A DNA stretch of 64,000 nucleotides. It comes from Eledone cirrhosa (lineage: Eukaryota). The translations under genes and the position numbers were made by a program. Every line of letters starts with the position of its first letter. Position 1 is the first letter of the stretch. Shown here one piece after another: positions 1-16,200 of this stretch. The stretch spans positions 54,126,001-54,190,000 of the forward strand of contig OZ024750.1 of NCBI GenBank assembly GCA_964016885.1, read 5' to 3'. Below the pieces are notes generated by a model. It ran no database searches. It worked only from the letters and a program-made list of their open reading frames with translations, and was not told where the DNA came from.

Positions 1-307
1 GTTGGACCTCCATCGGTTCCAGCGACGAGTGTTCCAGTTGTTTGATCAACAGAACATTATGTTCGTGAAATTAACATGCAAGTGGTTGAACAGTCCAGAA
101 AATACATGTACCCTTAACATAGTTCTCTGGGAGAGTCTACATGATACAGTGTATGATAAGGCTGACCCTTTCAATTACACCATCACCCCTAGCAAAATGG
201 ACTGAAGCAATGTGAAATATGTCTTGTTTAACGGTACAGCGAGCCGCTGGGAATTGAAATCCTGACCTTGCAATCGTGAACCGAACACCCTAACCACTAA
301 CCACGGC
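1..307 (-). mobile_element. tRNA-derived SINE (cephalopod-type), 3'-truncated by window edge
   Basis: Minus strand begins GCCGTGGTTAGTGGTTAGGG (A-box-like) ... GGATTTCAATTCCC (B-box-like). The body (CTCGTGAAATTAA...GTACCCTTAAC.TAGTTCTC) recurs at 44030-44110. Confidence 0.7.
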
Positions 308-363
308 AAAAAGAAATGACAGATGGATCCTAACTAAGTGAATGACGAAGCCATTAAAGTTAA

Positions 364-497
364 CGCTGAGGTTAGCTTTGCCTTTCACCCTTATGGGCTC
401 GATAAAATAAAGAACCAGTAACGCATTGGGGTCAATTTGATCGACTTTCCCTTCCCCTTCAAATTGCTGGCCTTGTGCCAAAAAGTAGAAACAATTC
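364..497 (+). mobile_element. SINE fragment with Meta-domain-like core
   Basis: GCCTTTCACCCTTATGGGCTCGATAAAATAAAGAACCAG...GGCCTTGTGCC; related copies at 20396, 36501, 42390, 42565. Confidence 0.7.
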
Positions 498-994
498 AAT
501 AATGAAAATATTTAAAGAATGGAAGTATCTTTGATGTCCTTCCATAGCTAAGTTTGATGACAGCTTTCTTTTGTTTTAAGCCTTCAAGTTATCACAAAAA
601 ATTTGCAATTGCCAAGGTCCGTTGCCAGGCTGGAAACTTCCGAACATTCTCGATAATCACTAATACAAAATAATTCTAAGGCGGAGTTTTGGAATCAGTT
701 TATCACTGTAATTTTGTTTCTAAATCTGAGAGTGCACCATTGAAAAGAAGTGAGGCAGTGTCATCCCCTACCATCCGCTGTTGGTGAGCAACCATCGTAC
801 ACAATGAAAGGCATTAGACATTATTATGCACCTTAATTTCATTAACATTTATTTTAATTAATTACAATCATCTTCTTTCATAGATATTATTATCAAACAT
901 AATTATATTTTATTTATTTCACATACTTATGCATACAATTAAACATAATTTATATACATGCGTGAGAAGTGGCAGAAATCACACATTACAATAA

Positions 995-1095
995 AGTATT
1001 GATGGCAAGTATTCATGGGTGATAGAGAGACTAAAACGTTGGAATAACCAAGTACCTTCAGCAGGAGCATCACCTGATATGTCGGTAAGGCGACC
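995..1095 (-). pseudogene. 3' remnant of CRE-clade non-LTR element (RLE endonuclease C-terminus)
   Basis: RLTDISGD..EGTWLFQRFSLSITH matches RLIEVTGESREGAWLFQRISLAITRGN at 37164-37290. Confidence 0.55.
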
Positions 1096-1235
1096 GACAA
1101 CAATGACACGAACCTCATTGGTCCTGACCCAGCTCCTCAAACGTTTCAAACATCCCTGGCTGAACAAAATAATTTGCCAATAATTTCAGGTATTTTAGAA
1201 TTTTATTGTTCGGTTTTCGATGAGCCTCTTCTTTA

Positions 1236-4200
1236 CCTCACTGTGATTTGGCTACATCACACACAGTAATGACCTAACACTGTGTTTTGGCCACATAACA
1301 CTCAGCCGTGACCTAATACTGTCTTTTGGCCACATCACACACAGCAATTACCTAACACTGTGTTTTGGCCGTATCACACTCAGCACTGACACAACACTAT
1401 GTTTTGGTCACATCATACACAGCAGTGACCTAACACTGTTTTGGCCACATATCACTCAGCAGTGACCTAACACTGTGTTTTGGCTACATAACATTCAGCA
1501 GTGACCTAACACTGTGTTCAGGCCACGTAATACACATCAGTGACCTAACACTCTGTTTTGGCCACATCACACACAGCAGTGACCTAACACTGTGTTTTGG
1601 CCACTTAACACTCAGCATTAACCTAAAACTGTGTTTTGGCCACATATCACTTAGCACATAGCACGTAACACTGTGCTTTGGCCACATCAAACTCGGCAGT
1701 GACCTCACACAGTGTTTTGGCCATATCACACTCATCAGTGACCTAAAACTGTGTTTTGACCACATAACACTCAGCAGTGACCTAAAACTGTGTATTGGCC
1801 ACATCACACACAGCAGTGACCTAACACTGTGTTTTGGCCACATAACACTCAGCAGTGACCTAACACTGTGTTTTGGCCACATCACACTCAGTAGTGACAT
1901 AACACTGTGTTTTGGCCACATAACACACAGCAATGACGTAACACTGTGTTTTCCACTTAACACACAGCAGTGACCTAACACTGTGTTTTGGCCACATCAC
2001 ACAACAGTGACCTAACACTGTGTTTTAGCCACATATCACTCAGCAGTGACCTAACACTGTGTTTTGGCCAAACACACTCGGCAGTGATCTAACACTGTCT
2101 TTTGACCACATCACAGTCATCAGTGACGTAAAACTGTGTTTTGGCCACATAACATTCAGCAGTGACCTAACACTGTGTTTTGGCCAAACACACTCGGCAG
2201 TGATCTAACACTATCTTTTGACCACATCACAGTCATCAGTGACGTAAAACTGTGTTTTGGCCACATAACATTCAGCAGTGACCTAACACTGTGTTTTGGC
2301 CAAACACACTCGGCAGTGATCTAACACTGTCTTTTGACCACATCACAGTCATCAGTGACGTAAAACTGTGTTTTGGCCACATAACATTCAGCAGTGACCT
2401 AACACTGTGTTTTGGCCAAACACACTCGGCAGTGATCTAACACTGTCTTTTGACCACATCACAGTCATCAGTGACGTAAAACTGTGTTTTGGCCACATAA
2501 CATTCAGCAGTGACCTAACACTGTGTTTTGGCCAAACACACTCGGCAGTGATCTAACACTGTCTTTTGACCACATCACAGTCATCAGTGACGTAAAACTG
2601 TGTTTTGGCCACATAACATTCAGCAGTGACCTAACACTGTGTTTTGGCCAAACACACTCGGCAGTGATCTAACACTGTCTTTTGACCACATCACAGTCAT
2701 CAGTGACGTAAAACTGTGTTTTGGCCACATAACATTCAGCAGTGACCTAACACTGTGTTTTGGCCAAACACACTCGGCAGTGATCTAACACTGTCTTTTG
2801 ACCACATCACAGTCATCAGTGACGTAAAACTGTGTTTTGGCCACATAACATTCAGCAGTGACCTAACACTGTGTTTTGGCCAAACACACTCGGCAGTGAT
2901 CTAACACTGTCTTTTGACCACATCACAGTCATCAGTGACGTAAAACTGTGTTTTGGCCACATCACAGACATCAGTGCCCTAACACTGTGTTTTGGCCAGA
3001 TAACACTCAGCAGTGACCTAACACTGTGTTTTGGCCACATAACGCTCAGCAGTGACCTAACCCTGTGATTTGGCCACATCACACTCAGCAGTGACCTAAC
3101 ACTGTGTTTTGGCCACATAACACTTAGCAGTGACCTAACACTGTGTTTTGACCACATAACTCTCAGCAGTGACCTAACACTGTGTTCAGGCCACGTAATA
3201 CACATCAGTGACCTAACACTCTGTTTTGGCCACATCACACACAGCAGTGACCTAACACTGTGTTTTGGCAACTTAACACTCAGCATTAACCTAAAACTGT
3301 GTTTTGGCCACATATCACTTAGCACATAGCACGTAACACTGTGCTTTGGCCACATCAAACTCGGCAGTGACCTCACACAGTGTTTTGGCCATATCACACT
3401 CATCAGTGACCTAAAACTGTGTTTTGACCACATAACACTCAGCAGTGACCTAAAACTGTGTATTGGCCACTTCACACACAGCAGTGACCTAACACTGTGG
3501 TTTGGCTACATAACACAGTAATGACCTAACACTGTGTTTTGGCCACATAACACTCAGCAGTGACGTAACACTGTGTGTTGGCCAAATCACACACAGCAGT
3601 GACCTAACACTGCGTTTTGGCCACATAACACTCAGCAGTGACCTAACACTGTGTTTTGGCCACATAACACTCAGCAGTGACCTAACACTGTGTTTTGGCC
3701 ACATAACACTCAGCAGTGACCTAACACTGTGTTTTGGCCACATCACACTCAGTAGTGACATAACACTGTGTTTTGGCCACATAACACACAGCAATGACGT
3801 AACACTGTGTTTTCCACTTAACACACAGCAGTGACCTAACACTGTGTTTTGGCCACATCACACAACAGTGACCTAACACTGTGTTTTAGCCACATATCAC
3901 TCAGCAGTGACCTAACACTGTGTTTTGGCCAAACACACTCGGCAGTGATCTAACACTGTCTTTTGACCACATCACAGTCATCAGTGACGTAAAACTGTGT
4001 TTTGGCCACATAACATTCAGCAGTGACCTAACATTGTGTTTTGGCCACATCACAGACAGCAGTGCCCTAACACTGTGTTTTGGCCAGATAACACTCAGCA
4101 GTGACCTAACACTGTGTTTTGGCCACATCACACTCAGCAGTGACCTAACACTGTGTTTTGGCCACATCACACTCAGCAGTTAGCTAACACTGTGTTTTGG

Positions 4201-7200
4201 CCACATAACACACATCAATGATCTAACACTGTGATTTGGCCACATCACACACAGCAGTGACCTAACACTGTGTTTTGGCCACATAACACTTAGCAGTGAT
4301 CTAACACTGTGTTTTGACCACATAACTCTCAGCAGTGACCTAACACCGTGTTTTAGTCACATGTCACACAGTAGTGACCTAACACTCTGTTTTGGCCACA
4401 TCACACACAGCAGTGACCTAACACTGTGTTTTGGCCACACAACTCAACTGTGACCTAACACTGTGTTTTGGCTAGATAACACTCAGCAGTGACCTTACAC
4501 TGTGTTTTGGCCACAACACACACAACAATGACCTAACACGGTGTTTTGGCTACATCACACTCAGCAGTGATCTACCACTGTGGTTTCGCTACATAACACT
4601 CAGCAGTGACCTAACACTGTGTTCTGGCCACGTCATACACATCAGTGACCTAACGCTGCGTTTTCCCCACATAACACAGAGCAGTGACGTAACACTGTGT
4701 TTTCCAAATAACCCTCAACATTGACCTAACACTGAGATTTGGCCACATAACACTCAGAAGTGATCTAACAATGTTTTGGCCACATCATACACAGCATTGA
4801 CCTAACACTGCGTTTTGGCCACACAACTCAACAGTGACCTAACACTGTGTTTTGGCCATATAGCACACATCAGTGACCAAACACTGTGTTTTGGCCATAT
4901 AACTCTCAGCAGTGACCTAAGACTGTGTTTTAGCCACACATCACTCAGCAGTGACCTAACACTGTCTTTTGGCCACATCACAGTCAGCAGTGACGTAAAA
5001 CTGTGTTTTGGCCACATAACATTCAGCAGTGACCTAAGATTGTGTTTTGGCCACATTACAGACAGCAGTGCCCTAACACTGTCTTTTGGCCAGATAACAC
5101 TCAGCAGTGACCTAACACTGTGTTTTGGCCAAATAACACTCAGCAGCGACCTAACTCTGTGTTTTGGCCACATAACACTCAGCAGTGACCTAACCCTGTG
5201 TTTTGGCCACATCACACTCAGCAGTGACCTAACACTGTGTTTTCGCCAGATCACACTCAGCAGTGAGCTAACACTGTCTTTTGGCCACATCACAGTCAGC
5301 AGTGACCTAACACTGTGTTTTGGCCACATCACACTCATCAGAAACGTAACACTGTGTTTTGGCCACATAACACTCAGCAGCGACCTAACACTGTGTTTTG
5401 GCCACATCACACTCAGCAGTGACCTAACAATGTGTTTTGGCCACATCACACTCAGCAGTGACCTAACACTGTGTCTTCGCCAGATCACACTCAGCAGTGA
5501 CCTAACACTGTCTTTTGGCCACATCACACTCATCAGTGACGTAACACTGTGTTTTGGCTACATCACAGACAGTAGTGACCTAACACCGTGTTTCGGCGTC
5601 ATAACACTCAGCCTTGACCTAACACTGTGTTCTGGCCACATCACACACAGCAGTGACTTATAAATGTGTTTTGGCCACATCACACTCGGCAATGACGTAA
5701 CACTGTGGTTTGGCCATATAACACCCGGCAGTGACCTAACACTGTGTTTTGACCACATAACACACAGCAGTGACATAACACTGCGTTTTCGCCACATAAC
5801 ACTCAGAAGTGACCTAACAATGTTTTGGCCACATCATAGACAGCAGTGACCTAACAATGCCTTTTGGCCACATACCTCAACAGTGGCCTAACACTGTGTT
5901 TTTCCACATAACACTCAGCCTTAACCTAAAACTGTGTTTTGGCCACATCACACTCAGCAGTGACCTAACACTGTATTTTGGATACATAACACTCATCAGT
6001 GACGTAACACTGTGTTTTGGCCACATAACACTCAGCAGTGATCTAACACTGTGTTTTGGCCACATAACACACAGCAGTAACCTAACACTGTGTTTTGACC
6101 ACATAACACACAGCAGTGACTTAACACTGTGATTTGGTCGAATCACACACAGCAGGGACCTAACACTGTGTTTTAGCCACATCATATACGGTAGAGACTT
6201 AACACTCTGTTTGGGCCATATAACACTCAGCAGTGACCTAACACTGTGTTTTGGCCTCATCCCACTCGGCAGTGACCTAACACTGTGTTTCGGCCACATA
6301 ACAGTCTGCAGTGATCTAACACTGTGTTTCGGCCACATAAGACTCAGCAGTGACCTAACACATGGTTTTGGCCATATAATACTCAGCAGTGACCTAACAC
6401 TGTGTTTTGGCCACATCACACTCAGAAGTGACCTAACACTTCGTTTTCCACACATAAGACACAGCAGTGACGTAACACTGTGTTTTCCACTTAACACACA
6501 GCAGTGACCTAACACTGTGTTTTGGCCTCATAACACAGAGCAGTGACGTAACACTGTGTTTTCCACATAACCCTCAACAGTGACCTAACACTGTGTTTTG
6601 GCCACATAACACACAGCAGTGACCTAACACTGTGTTTTGGCCAAATCCAACACAGGAGTGACCTAACACTCTGTTTTGGCTACATAACACTCAGCAGTGA
6701 TCTAACAATGTGTTTTGGCCACATCACACACAGCAGTGATCTAAGACTGTGTTGTGGCCACATAACAGTCAACAATGACCTAACCCTGTGTTTTAGCCAC
6801 ATCACACTCAGCAGTGAGCTAACACTGTGCTTTGGTCACATCACACACAGCAATGACGTAACACTGTGTTTTGGCGACATAACACTCAGTAGTGAGCAAA
6901 CACTCTGTTTTGGCCACATCACACACAGAAGTGACCTAACACTGTGTTTTGGCCACATAAGCACTCAGTAGTAACCTAACACTGTGTGTTGGCCACATAA
7001 CACTCAGTAGTGAGCAAACACTCTGTTTTGGCCACATCACACACAGAAGTGACCTAACACTGTGTTTTGGCCACATAAACACTCAGCAGTGACCTAACAC
7101 TGTGTGTTGGCCACATAACACTCAGTAGTGAGCAAACACTCTGTTTTGGCCACATCATACACAGAAGTGACCTAACACTGTGTTTTGGCCACATCACACT

Positions 7201-10200
7201 CAGCAGTTAGATAACACTGTGTTTTGGCCACATCACACTCAGCAGTGACGTAACACTGTGTTTTGGCCACATCACACACAGCAATGAACTAACACTGTGT
7301 TTTGGCCACATCATACTCAGCAGTGACCTAACACTGTGTTTTGGCCACATAACACTCACCAGTGACCTAACACTGTGTTATGTCTACATCACACTCAGCA
7401 GTGACTTAACACTGTGTTTTGGCCACATCACACACAGCAGTGACGTAACACTGTGTTTTGGCCACATCACACACAGCAATGAACTAACACTGTGTTTTGG
7501 CCACATCATACTCAGCAGTGACCTAACACTGTGTTTTGGCCACATCACACTCAGCAGTGACCTAACACTGTGTTTCGGCCACATAACACTCAGCAGTGAC
7601 CTAACACTGTGTTTTGGTCACATCACACTCAGCAGTGAGCTAACACTCTGTTTTGGCCACATCACACACAGCAATGAACTAACACTGTGTTTTGGCCACA
7701 TCACACTCAGCTGTGATCAAACACTGTGTTTTGGCCACATCACACTAAGCAGTGACCTAAAACTGTGTTTTGGCCACATCACACACAGCAATGACCTAAC
7801 ATTGTGTTTTGGCCACATCACACTCAGCAGTGACCTAACACTGTGTTTTGGCCACATAACACTCAGCAGTGACCTAACACGGTATTTTGGCCACATCACA
7901 CACAGCAGTGACCTAACACTGTTTTGGCCACATCACACTCAAAAGTGAGCTAAGACTGTGTTTTTGCCACATAACACTCAGCAGTGATCTAACACTGTGT
8001 TTTGGCCACATCACACACAGCAGTGACCTAACACTGTGTTTTGGCCACATAACACTCAGCCGTGACCTAATACAGTGTTTTGGCCACATCACAGACAATA
8101 ATGACCTAAAACTGTGTTTTGGCCCCATACCTCTCACCAGTGACTTAACACTGTGTTTTGTCCATATAACACTCAGCAGTAACATAACACTGTGTTTTGG
8201 CCACATAATACGCAGCAGTGACCTAACACTGTGTTTTGGCCACATCACACACAATAATGACTTAACACTGTGTTTTGTCTACATCACACTCAGCGGTGAC
8301 CTAACACTGTGTTTTGGCCACATCACACTCATCAATGACCTAACACTGTGTTTTGACCACATCACACTCAGCCTTCACCTAACATTGTGTTTTGGCCACA
8401 TCACACTCATCAGTGACCTAACACTGTGTTTTGTCTACATCACACTCAGCAGTAACCAAACACTGTGTTTTTGCCACATCACACACAGCAGTGACCTAAC
8501 ACTTTGTTTTGGTCACATCACGCTCAGTAGTAACCTAACACTGTGTTTTGTCCACATCAGACTCAGCAGGGACGTAACACTGTGTTTTGGCCACATCACA
8601 CACAGCAATGAACTAACACTGTGATTTAGCCACATCACACTCAGCAGTGACCTAATACTGTGTTTTGGCCACATCACACTCAGCAGTGAGCTAACACTCT
8701 GTTTTGGCCACATCACACTTAGCAGTGAGCTAAGACTGTGCTTTGGCCACATAACACTCAGCAGTGATCTAACACTGTGTTTTGACCACATAACACTCAG
8801 CCGTGACCTAATACAGTGTTTTGGCCACATCACAGACAATAATGAGCTAAAACTGTCTTTTGGCCACATAACACTCAGCAGTGACCTAACACTGTGTTTC
8901 TGCCATATAACAATTAGCAGTGACCTAACACTGTGTTTTGGTCACATCACACTCAGTAGTAACCTAACACTGTGTTTTGGCCACATCACACTCAGCAGTG
9001 ACCTAACACTATGTGTTGGCCACATCACACTCAGCAGTGAGTTAACACTTTGTTTTGGCCACATCACACTCAGCAATGTCCTAACACTGTCTTTCGGCCA
9101 CATAACACTCAGCAGTGACCTAACACTGTGTTTGGGCCACCTAACATTGTGTTTCTGCCACATCACACAGCAGTGACCTAACCCTGTGTTTTGGTCACAT
9201 CACACTCAGCAGTGACCTAACACTGTGTTTTGGCCACATCACACACAGCAATGACCTAACATTGTGTTTTAGCCACATCACACTCAGCAGTGACCTAACA
9301 CCGTGTTTTAGCCACATAACACTCAGCCGTGACCTAATATAGTGTTTGGCCACATCAAAGACAATAATGACCTAAAACTGTGTTTTGGCCACATAACACT
9401 CAGCAGTGACCTAACACTGTGTTTTGGTCACATCACACTCAGTAGTAACCTAACACTGTTTTGGCCACATCACACTCAGCCGTGACCTAACACTGTGTTT
9501 TGGCCACCTCACACTCAGCAGTGAGCTAACACTGTGTTTTGGCCACATAACACTCAGCAGTAACATAACACTGTGTTTTGGCCACATAACACTCCGCAGT
9601 GATCTAACAATGTGTTCTGGCCACATCACATACAGCAGTGACCTAACACTGTGTTTTGGCCACATCACACACAATAATGACCTAACACTGTGTTTTGTCT
9701 ACATCATATTCAGCGGTGACCTAACACTGTGTTTTGGCCACCTCACACTCAGCAGTGACCTAACACTGTGTTTTGGCCACATCACACTCATCAATGACCT
9801 AACACTTTGTTTTGGCTACATCACACTCAGCCTTCACCTAACACTGTGTTTTGGCTATATCACACTCATCAGTGATCTAACACTGTGTTGTGTCTACATC
9901 ACACTCAGCCTTCACCTAACACTGTGTTCTAGCCACATCACACACAGCAATGACCTTACATTGTCTTTTGGCCACATCACACTCAGCAGTGACCTAACAC
10001 TATGTGTTGGCCACATCGCACTCAGCAGTGAGCTAACACTCTGTTTTGGCCACATCACACACAGAAGTGACCTAACACTGTGTTTTAGCCACATCACACT
10101 CAGCAGTGACCTAACACTGTGTTTTGGCCACATCACACTCAGTAGTAACCTAACACTGTGTTTTGGCCATCGAACATTGTATTTTTGTCACATCACACAC

Positions 10201-13200
10201 AGCAGAGACCTAACACTGTGTTTTGGCCACATCACACACAGCAGTAACCTAACAATGTGTTTTGGCCACATCACACTCAGCAGTGATCAAACACTGTGTT
10301 TTGGCCACATCACACTCAGCAGTGAGCTAACACTGTGTTTTGGCCACATAACACTAAGCAGTAACATAACACTGTGTTTTGGTCACATAAGACTCAGCAG
10401 TGATCTAACAATATGTGTTGGCCACATCAAGTACAGCAGTGACCTAACACTGTGTTTTGGCCACATAACACTCAGCAGTGACCTAACACTGTGTGTTGGC
10501 CACATCACATTCAGCAGAGACCTAACACTCTGTTTTGGCCACATCACACTCAGCATTGACCTAACACTTTGTTTTGGCCACATCACACTCAGCAGTGACC
10601 TAACACTGTGTTTTGGCAACATCACACACAGCAATGTCCTAACACTGTGTGTTGGCCACATCATACTCAGCAGTGACCTAACACTGTGTTTTGGCCACAT
10701 CACACACAGCAGTGACCTAACACTGTTTTGGCCACATCGCACTCAGCAGTGACCTAACACTGTGTTTTGGCCACATAAAACTCAGCAGTGATCGAACACT
10801 CTGTTTTGGCCACATCACACACAGCAGTGACCTAACACTGTGTTTTGGCCACATAACACTCAGCCGTGACCTAATACAGTGTTTTGGCCACATCACAGAC
10901 AATAATGACCTAAAACTGTGTTTTGGCCACATAACACTCAGCAGTGACCTAACACTCTGTTTCGGCCATATAACACTCAGCAGAGACCTAACATTGTGTT
11001 TCGGCCACCTAACATTGTGTTTTTGCCACGTCACTCACAGCAGTGACCTAATACTGTGTTTTGGTCACATCACACTCAGTAGTAAACTAACACTGTGTTT
11101 TGGCCACATCACACTTAGCAGTGAGCTAACACTGTATTTTAGTCACATGACACTCAGCAGTAACATAACACTGTGTTTCGGCCACATAACACTCAGCAGT
11201 GACCTAACACTGTGTTTTGGCCACATCACAAACAGCAATGACCTAACATTGTCTTTTGGCCACATCACACTCATCAGTGACCTAACACTGTGATTTGGCC
11301 ACATAACACTCAGCCGTGATCTAATACAGTGTTTTGGCCACATCACAGACAATAATGACCTAAAACTGTGTTTTGGCCACATAACACTCAGCAGTGACCT
11401 AACGCTGTGTTTTGGTCACATCACACTCAGTAGTAACATAACACTGTGTTTTGGCCACATCACACTCAGCAGTGATTTAACACTGTGTTTTGGCCACAAC
11501 ACACTCGGCAGTGAGCTAACACTGTGTTTTGGCCACATAACACTCAGCAGTAACATAACACTGTGTTTTGGCCACATAACACTCAGCAGTGATCTAACAA
11601 TATGTTCTGGCCACATCACACTCAGCAATGACCTAACACTGTGTTTTGGCCACATCACACACAGCAATGACCTAACACTCTGTTTTGGCCACAGCACACT
11701 CAGCAGTGACCTAACACTGTGTTTTGGCCACATCACACACAGCAATGTCCTAACACTGTGTTTTGGCCACATCACACACAGCAATGACCTAACACTGTGT
11801 TTTGGGCACATCACACTCAGCAGTGACCTAACACTGTGTGTTGGCCACATCACACTCAGCAGTGAGGTAACACTCTGTTTTGGCCACATCACACTCAGCA
11901 GTGACCTAACACTGTGTTTCGGCCATATAACACACAGCAATGACCTCACATTATGTTTTGGCCACATCACACTCAGCAGTGACCTAACACTGTGTTTTGG
12001 CCACATCACACACAGCAGTGACCTAACACTGTTTTTGACACATCACACTCAGAAGTGATCTAACACTGTGTTTTGGCCACACAACACTCAGCCGTGAACT
12101 AATACAGTGTTTTGGCCACATCCCAGACAATAATGACCTAAAATTGTGTTTTGGCCACATAACACAAAGCAGTGACCTAATACTGTGTTTTGGTTACATC
12201 ACACTCAGTAGTAACCTAACACTGTGTTTTGGCCACATCACACTTAGCAGTGATCTAACACTGTGTTTTGGGCACATAACACTCAGCAGTAACATAACAA
12301 TGTGTTTTGGCCACATAACACTCAGCGGTGACCTAACACTGTGTTTTGGTCACATCGCAGACAGCAGTGAGCTAACACTCTGTTTTGGCTACATCACACA
12401 CAGAAGTGACCTAACACTGTGTTTTGGCCACATCACACACAGCAGTGACCTAACACTGTGTTTTGGCCACATAACACACAGCAATGAACTAACACTGTGT
12501 TTTGGCCATATCACACTCATGAGTGACCTAACACTGTGTTTTGGCCGCATAACACACAGCAATGAACTAACACTGTGTTTTGGCCACATCACACACAGCA
12601 ATGAACTAACACTGTGTTTTGGCCACATCACACTCAGCAGTGACCTAACACTGTGTCTTGGCCACATCACACTCAGCAGTGACCTAACACTGTGTTTTGG
12701 CCACATCACACTCTGCAGTGAATTAACACTGTGTGTTGGCCACATCACACTCAGCAGTAAGCTAACACTCTGTTTTGGCCACATCACACTCAGCAGTGAC
12801 CTAACACTGTGTGTTGGCCACATCACACTCAGCAGTAACCTAACACTGTGTTTTGGCCACATCACACTCAGCAGTGACCTAACACTGTTTTGGCCACATC
12901 ACACACAGCAATGACCTAACACTGTGTTTTGGCCACATCACACTCAGCAATGACCTAATACTGTATGTTGGCCACATCACACTCAGCAGTGACCTAACAC
13001 TGTGTGTTGGTCACATCACACACAGCAGTGAGCTAACACTGTGTGTTGGTCACATCACACACAGCAGTGAGCTAACACTCTGTTTTGGCTACATCACACT
13101 CAGCAGTGACCTAACACTGTGTTTTGGCCACATCACACACAGCAGTGACCCAACACTGTGTTTTGGCCACATCACACTCAGCAGTGACCTAATACAGTGT

Positions 13201-16200
13201 TTTGGCCACATCACAGACAATAATGACCTAACACTGTGTTTTGGCTACATCATAATCAGCAGTGACCTAACACTGTGTTTTGGCCACATCACACTCATCA
13301 GTGACCTAACACTGTGTGTTGGCCTCATCACTCTCAGCAGTGAGCTAAAACTCTGTTTTGGCCACATCACACACAGAAGTGACCTAACACTGTGTTTTAG
13401 CCACATCACGCTCAGCAGTGACCTAACATTGTGTTTTGGCCACATCACACTCATCAGTGACGTAACACTGTGTTTTGGCCACATCACACACAGCAATGAA
13501 CTAACACTGTGTTTTGGCCACATCATACTCAGCAGTGACCTAACACTGTGTTTTGGCCACATCACACACAGCAATGTCCTAACACTGTGTGTTGGCCACA
13601 TCACACTCAGCAGTGACCTAACACTGTGTTTTGGCTACATCAAACTCAGCAGTGATCTAACACTCTGTTTTGGCCACATCACACACAGCAATGACCTAAC
13701 ACTGTGTTTTGGCCACATCACACACTGCAGTGACCTAACACTGTTTTGGCCACATCGCACTCAGCAGTGAGCTAAGACTGTGTTTTGGCCACATAACACT
13801 CAGCAGTGACCTAACACTGTGTTTTGGCCACATCACACACAGCAGTGACCTAACACTGTGGTTTGGCCACATAACACACAGCAGTGACCTAACACTGTTT
13901 TGGACACATCAGAAGTGAGCTAAGACTGTGTTTTGGACACAGAACACTCAGCCGTGAACTAATACAATGTTTTGGCCACATCCCAGACAATAATGACCTA
14001 AAACTGTGTTTTGGCCACATAACACTCAGTAGTAACATTGTGTTTTTGACACATCACACACAGCAGTGACCTAACACTGTCTTTTGGTCACATCACACTC
14101 AGTAGTAACCTAACACTGTGTTTTGGCCACATCACACTCAGCAGTGACCTAACACTGTGTTTTGGCCACATCACACTCAGCAGTGAGCTAACACTGTGTT
14201 TCGGCCATATAACACACAGCAATGACCTCACATTGTGTTTTGGCTACATCACACTCAGCAGTGACCTAACACTGTGTTTTGGCCACATCACACACAGCAG
14301 TGACCTAACACTGTTTTTGACACATCACACTCAGAAGTGATCTAACACTGTGTTTTGGCCACACAACACTCAGCCGTGAACTAATACAGTGTTTTGGCCA
14401 CATCCCAGACAATAATGACCTAAAATTGTGTTTTGGCCACATAACACACAGCAGTGACCTAATACTGTGTTTTGGTTACATCACACTCAGTAGTAACCTA
14501 ACACTGTGTTTTGGCCACATCACACTTAGCAGTGATCTAACACTGTGTTTTGGGCACATCACACTCAGCAGTGAGCTAACACTGTGTGTTGGCCACATAA
14601 CACTCAGCAGTAACATAACAATGTGTTTTGGCCACATAACACTCAGCGGTGACCCAACACTGTGTTTTGGCCACATCACACACAGAAGTGACCTAACACT
14701 GTGTTTTGGCCACATCACACACAACAGTGACCTAACACTGTGTTTTGGCCACATAACACACAGCAATGAACTAACACTGTGTTTTGGCCACATCACACTC
14801 ATGAGTGACCTAACACTGTGTTTTGGCCACATGACACACAGCAATGAACTAACACTGTGTTTTGGCCACATCACACTCAGCAGTGACCTAACACTGTGTT
14901 TTGGCCACATCACACTCAGCAGTGACCTAACACTGTGTTTTGGCCACATCACACTCTGCAGTGAATTAACACTGTGTGTTGGCCACATCACACTCAGCAG
15001 TAAGCTAACACTCTGTTTTGGCCACATCACACTCAGCAGTGACCTAACACTGTGTGTTGGCCACATCACACTCAGCAGTAACCTAACACTGTGTTTTGGC
15101 CACATCACACTCAGCAGTGACCTAACACTGTTTTGGCCACATCACACACAGCAATGACCTAACACTGTGTTTTGGCCACATCACACTCAGCAATGACCTA
15201 ATACTGTATGTTGGCCACATCACACTCAGCAGTGACCTAACACTTTGTGTTGGTCACATCACACACAGCAGTGAGCTAACACTGTGTGTTGGTCACATCA
15301 CACACAGCAGTGAGCTAACACTCTGTTTTGGCTACATCACACTCAGCAGTGACCTAACACTGTGTTTTGGCCACATCACACACAGCAATGACCTAACACT
15401 GTGTTTTGGCCACATCACACTCAGCAGTGACCTAACACTGTGTTTTAGCCACATCACTCACAGCAATGACGTAACACTGTGTTTTGGCCACATCACACTC
15501 AGCAGTGACCTAACACTGTGTTTTGGCCACATCACACACAGCAATGTCCTAACAATGTGTGTTGGCCACATCACACTCAGCAGTAACCTAACACTGTGTT
15601 TTGGCCACATCACACTCAACAGTGACCTAACACTGTTTTGGCCACATCACACACAGCACTGACCTAACACTGTGTTTTGGCCACATCACACTCAGCAATG
15701 ACCTAACACTGTATGTTGGCCACATCACACTCAGCAGTGACCTAACACTGTGTTTTGGCCACATCACACACAGCAGTGACCTAACACTGTGGTTTGGCCA
15801 CATAACACACAGCAGTGACCTAACACTGTTTTGGACACATCAGAAGTGAGCTAAGACTGTGTTTTGGACACAGAACACTCAGCCGTGAACTAATACAATG
15901 TTTTGGCCACATCCCAGACAATAATGACCTAAAACTGTGTTTTGGCCACATAACACTCAGTAGTAACATTGTGTTTTTGACACATCACACACAGCAGTGA
16001 CCTAACACTGTCTTTTGGTCACATCACACTCAGTAGTAACCTAACACTGTGTTTTGGCCACATCACACTCAGCAGTGACCTAACACTGTGTTTTGGCCAC
16101 ATCACACTCAGCAGTGAGCTAACACTGTGTTTCGGCCATATAACACACAGCAATGACCTCACATTGTGTTTTGGCTACATCACACTCAGCAGTGACCTAA

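Noticed and set aside
240-307. Functional tRNA gene
   Set aside because: A/B boxes belong to a degenerate SINE head with the family body attached; no complete cloverleaf.
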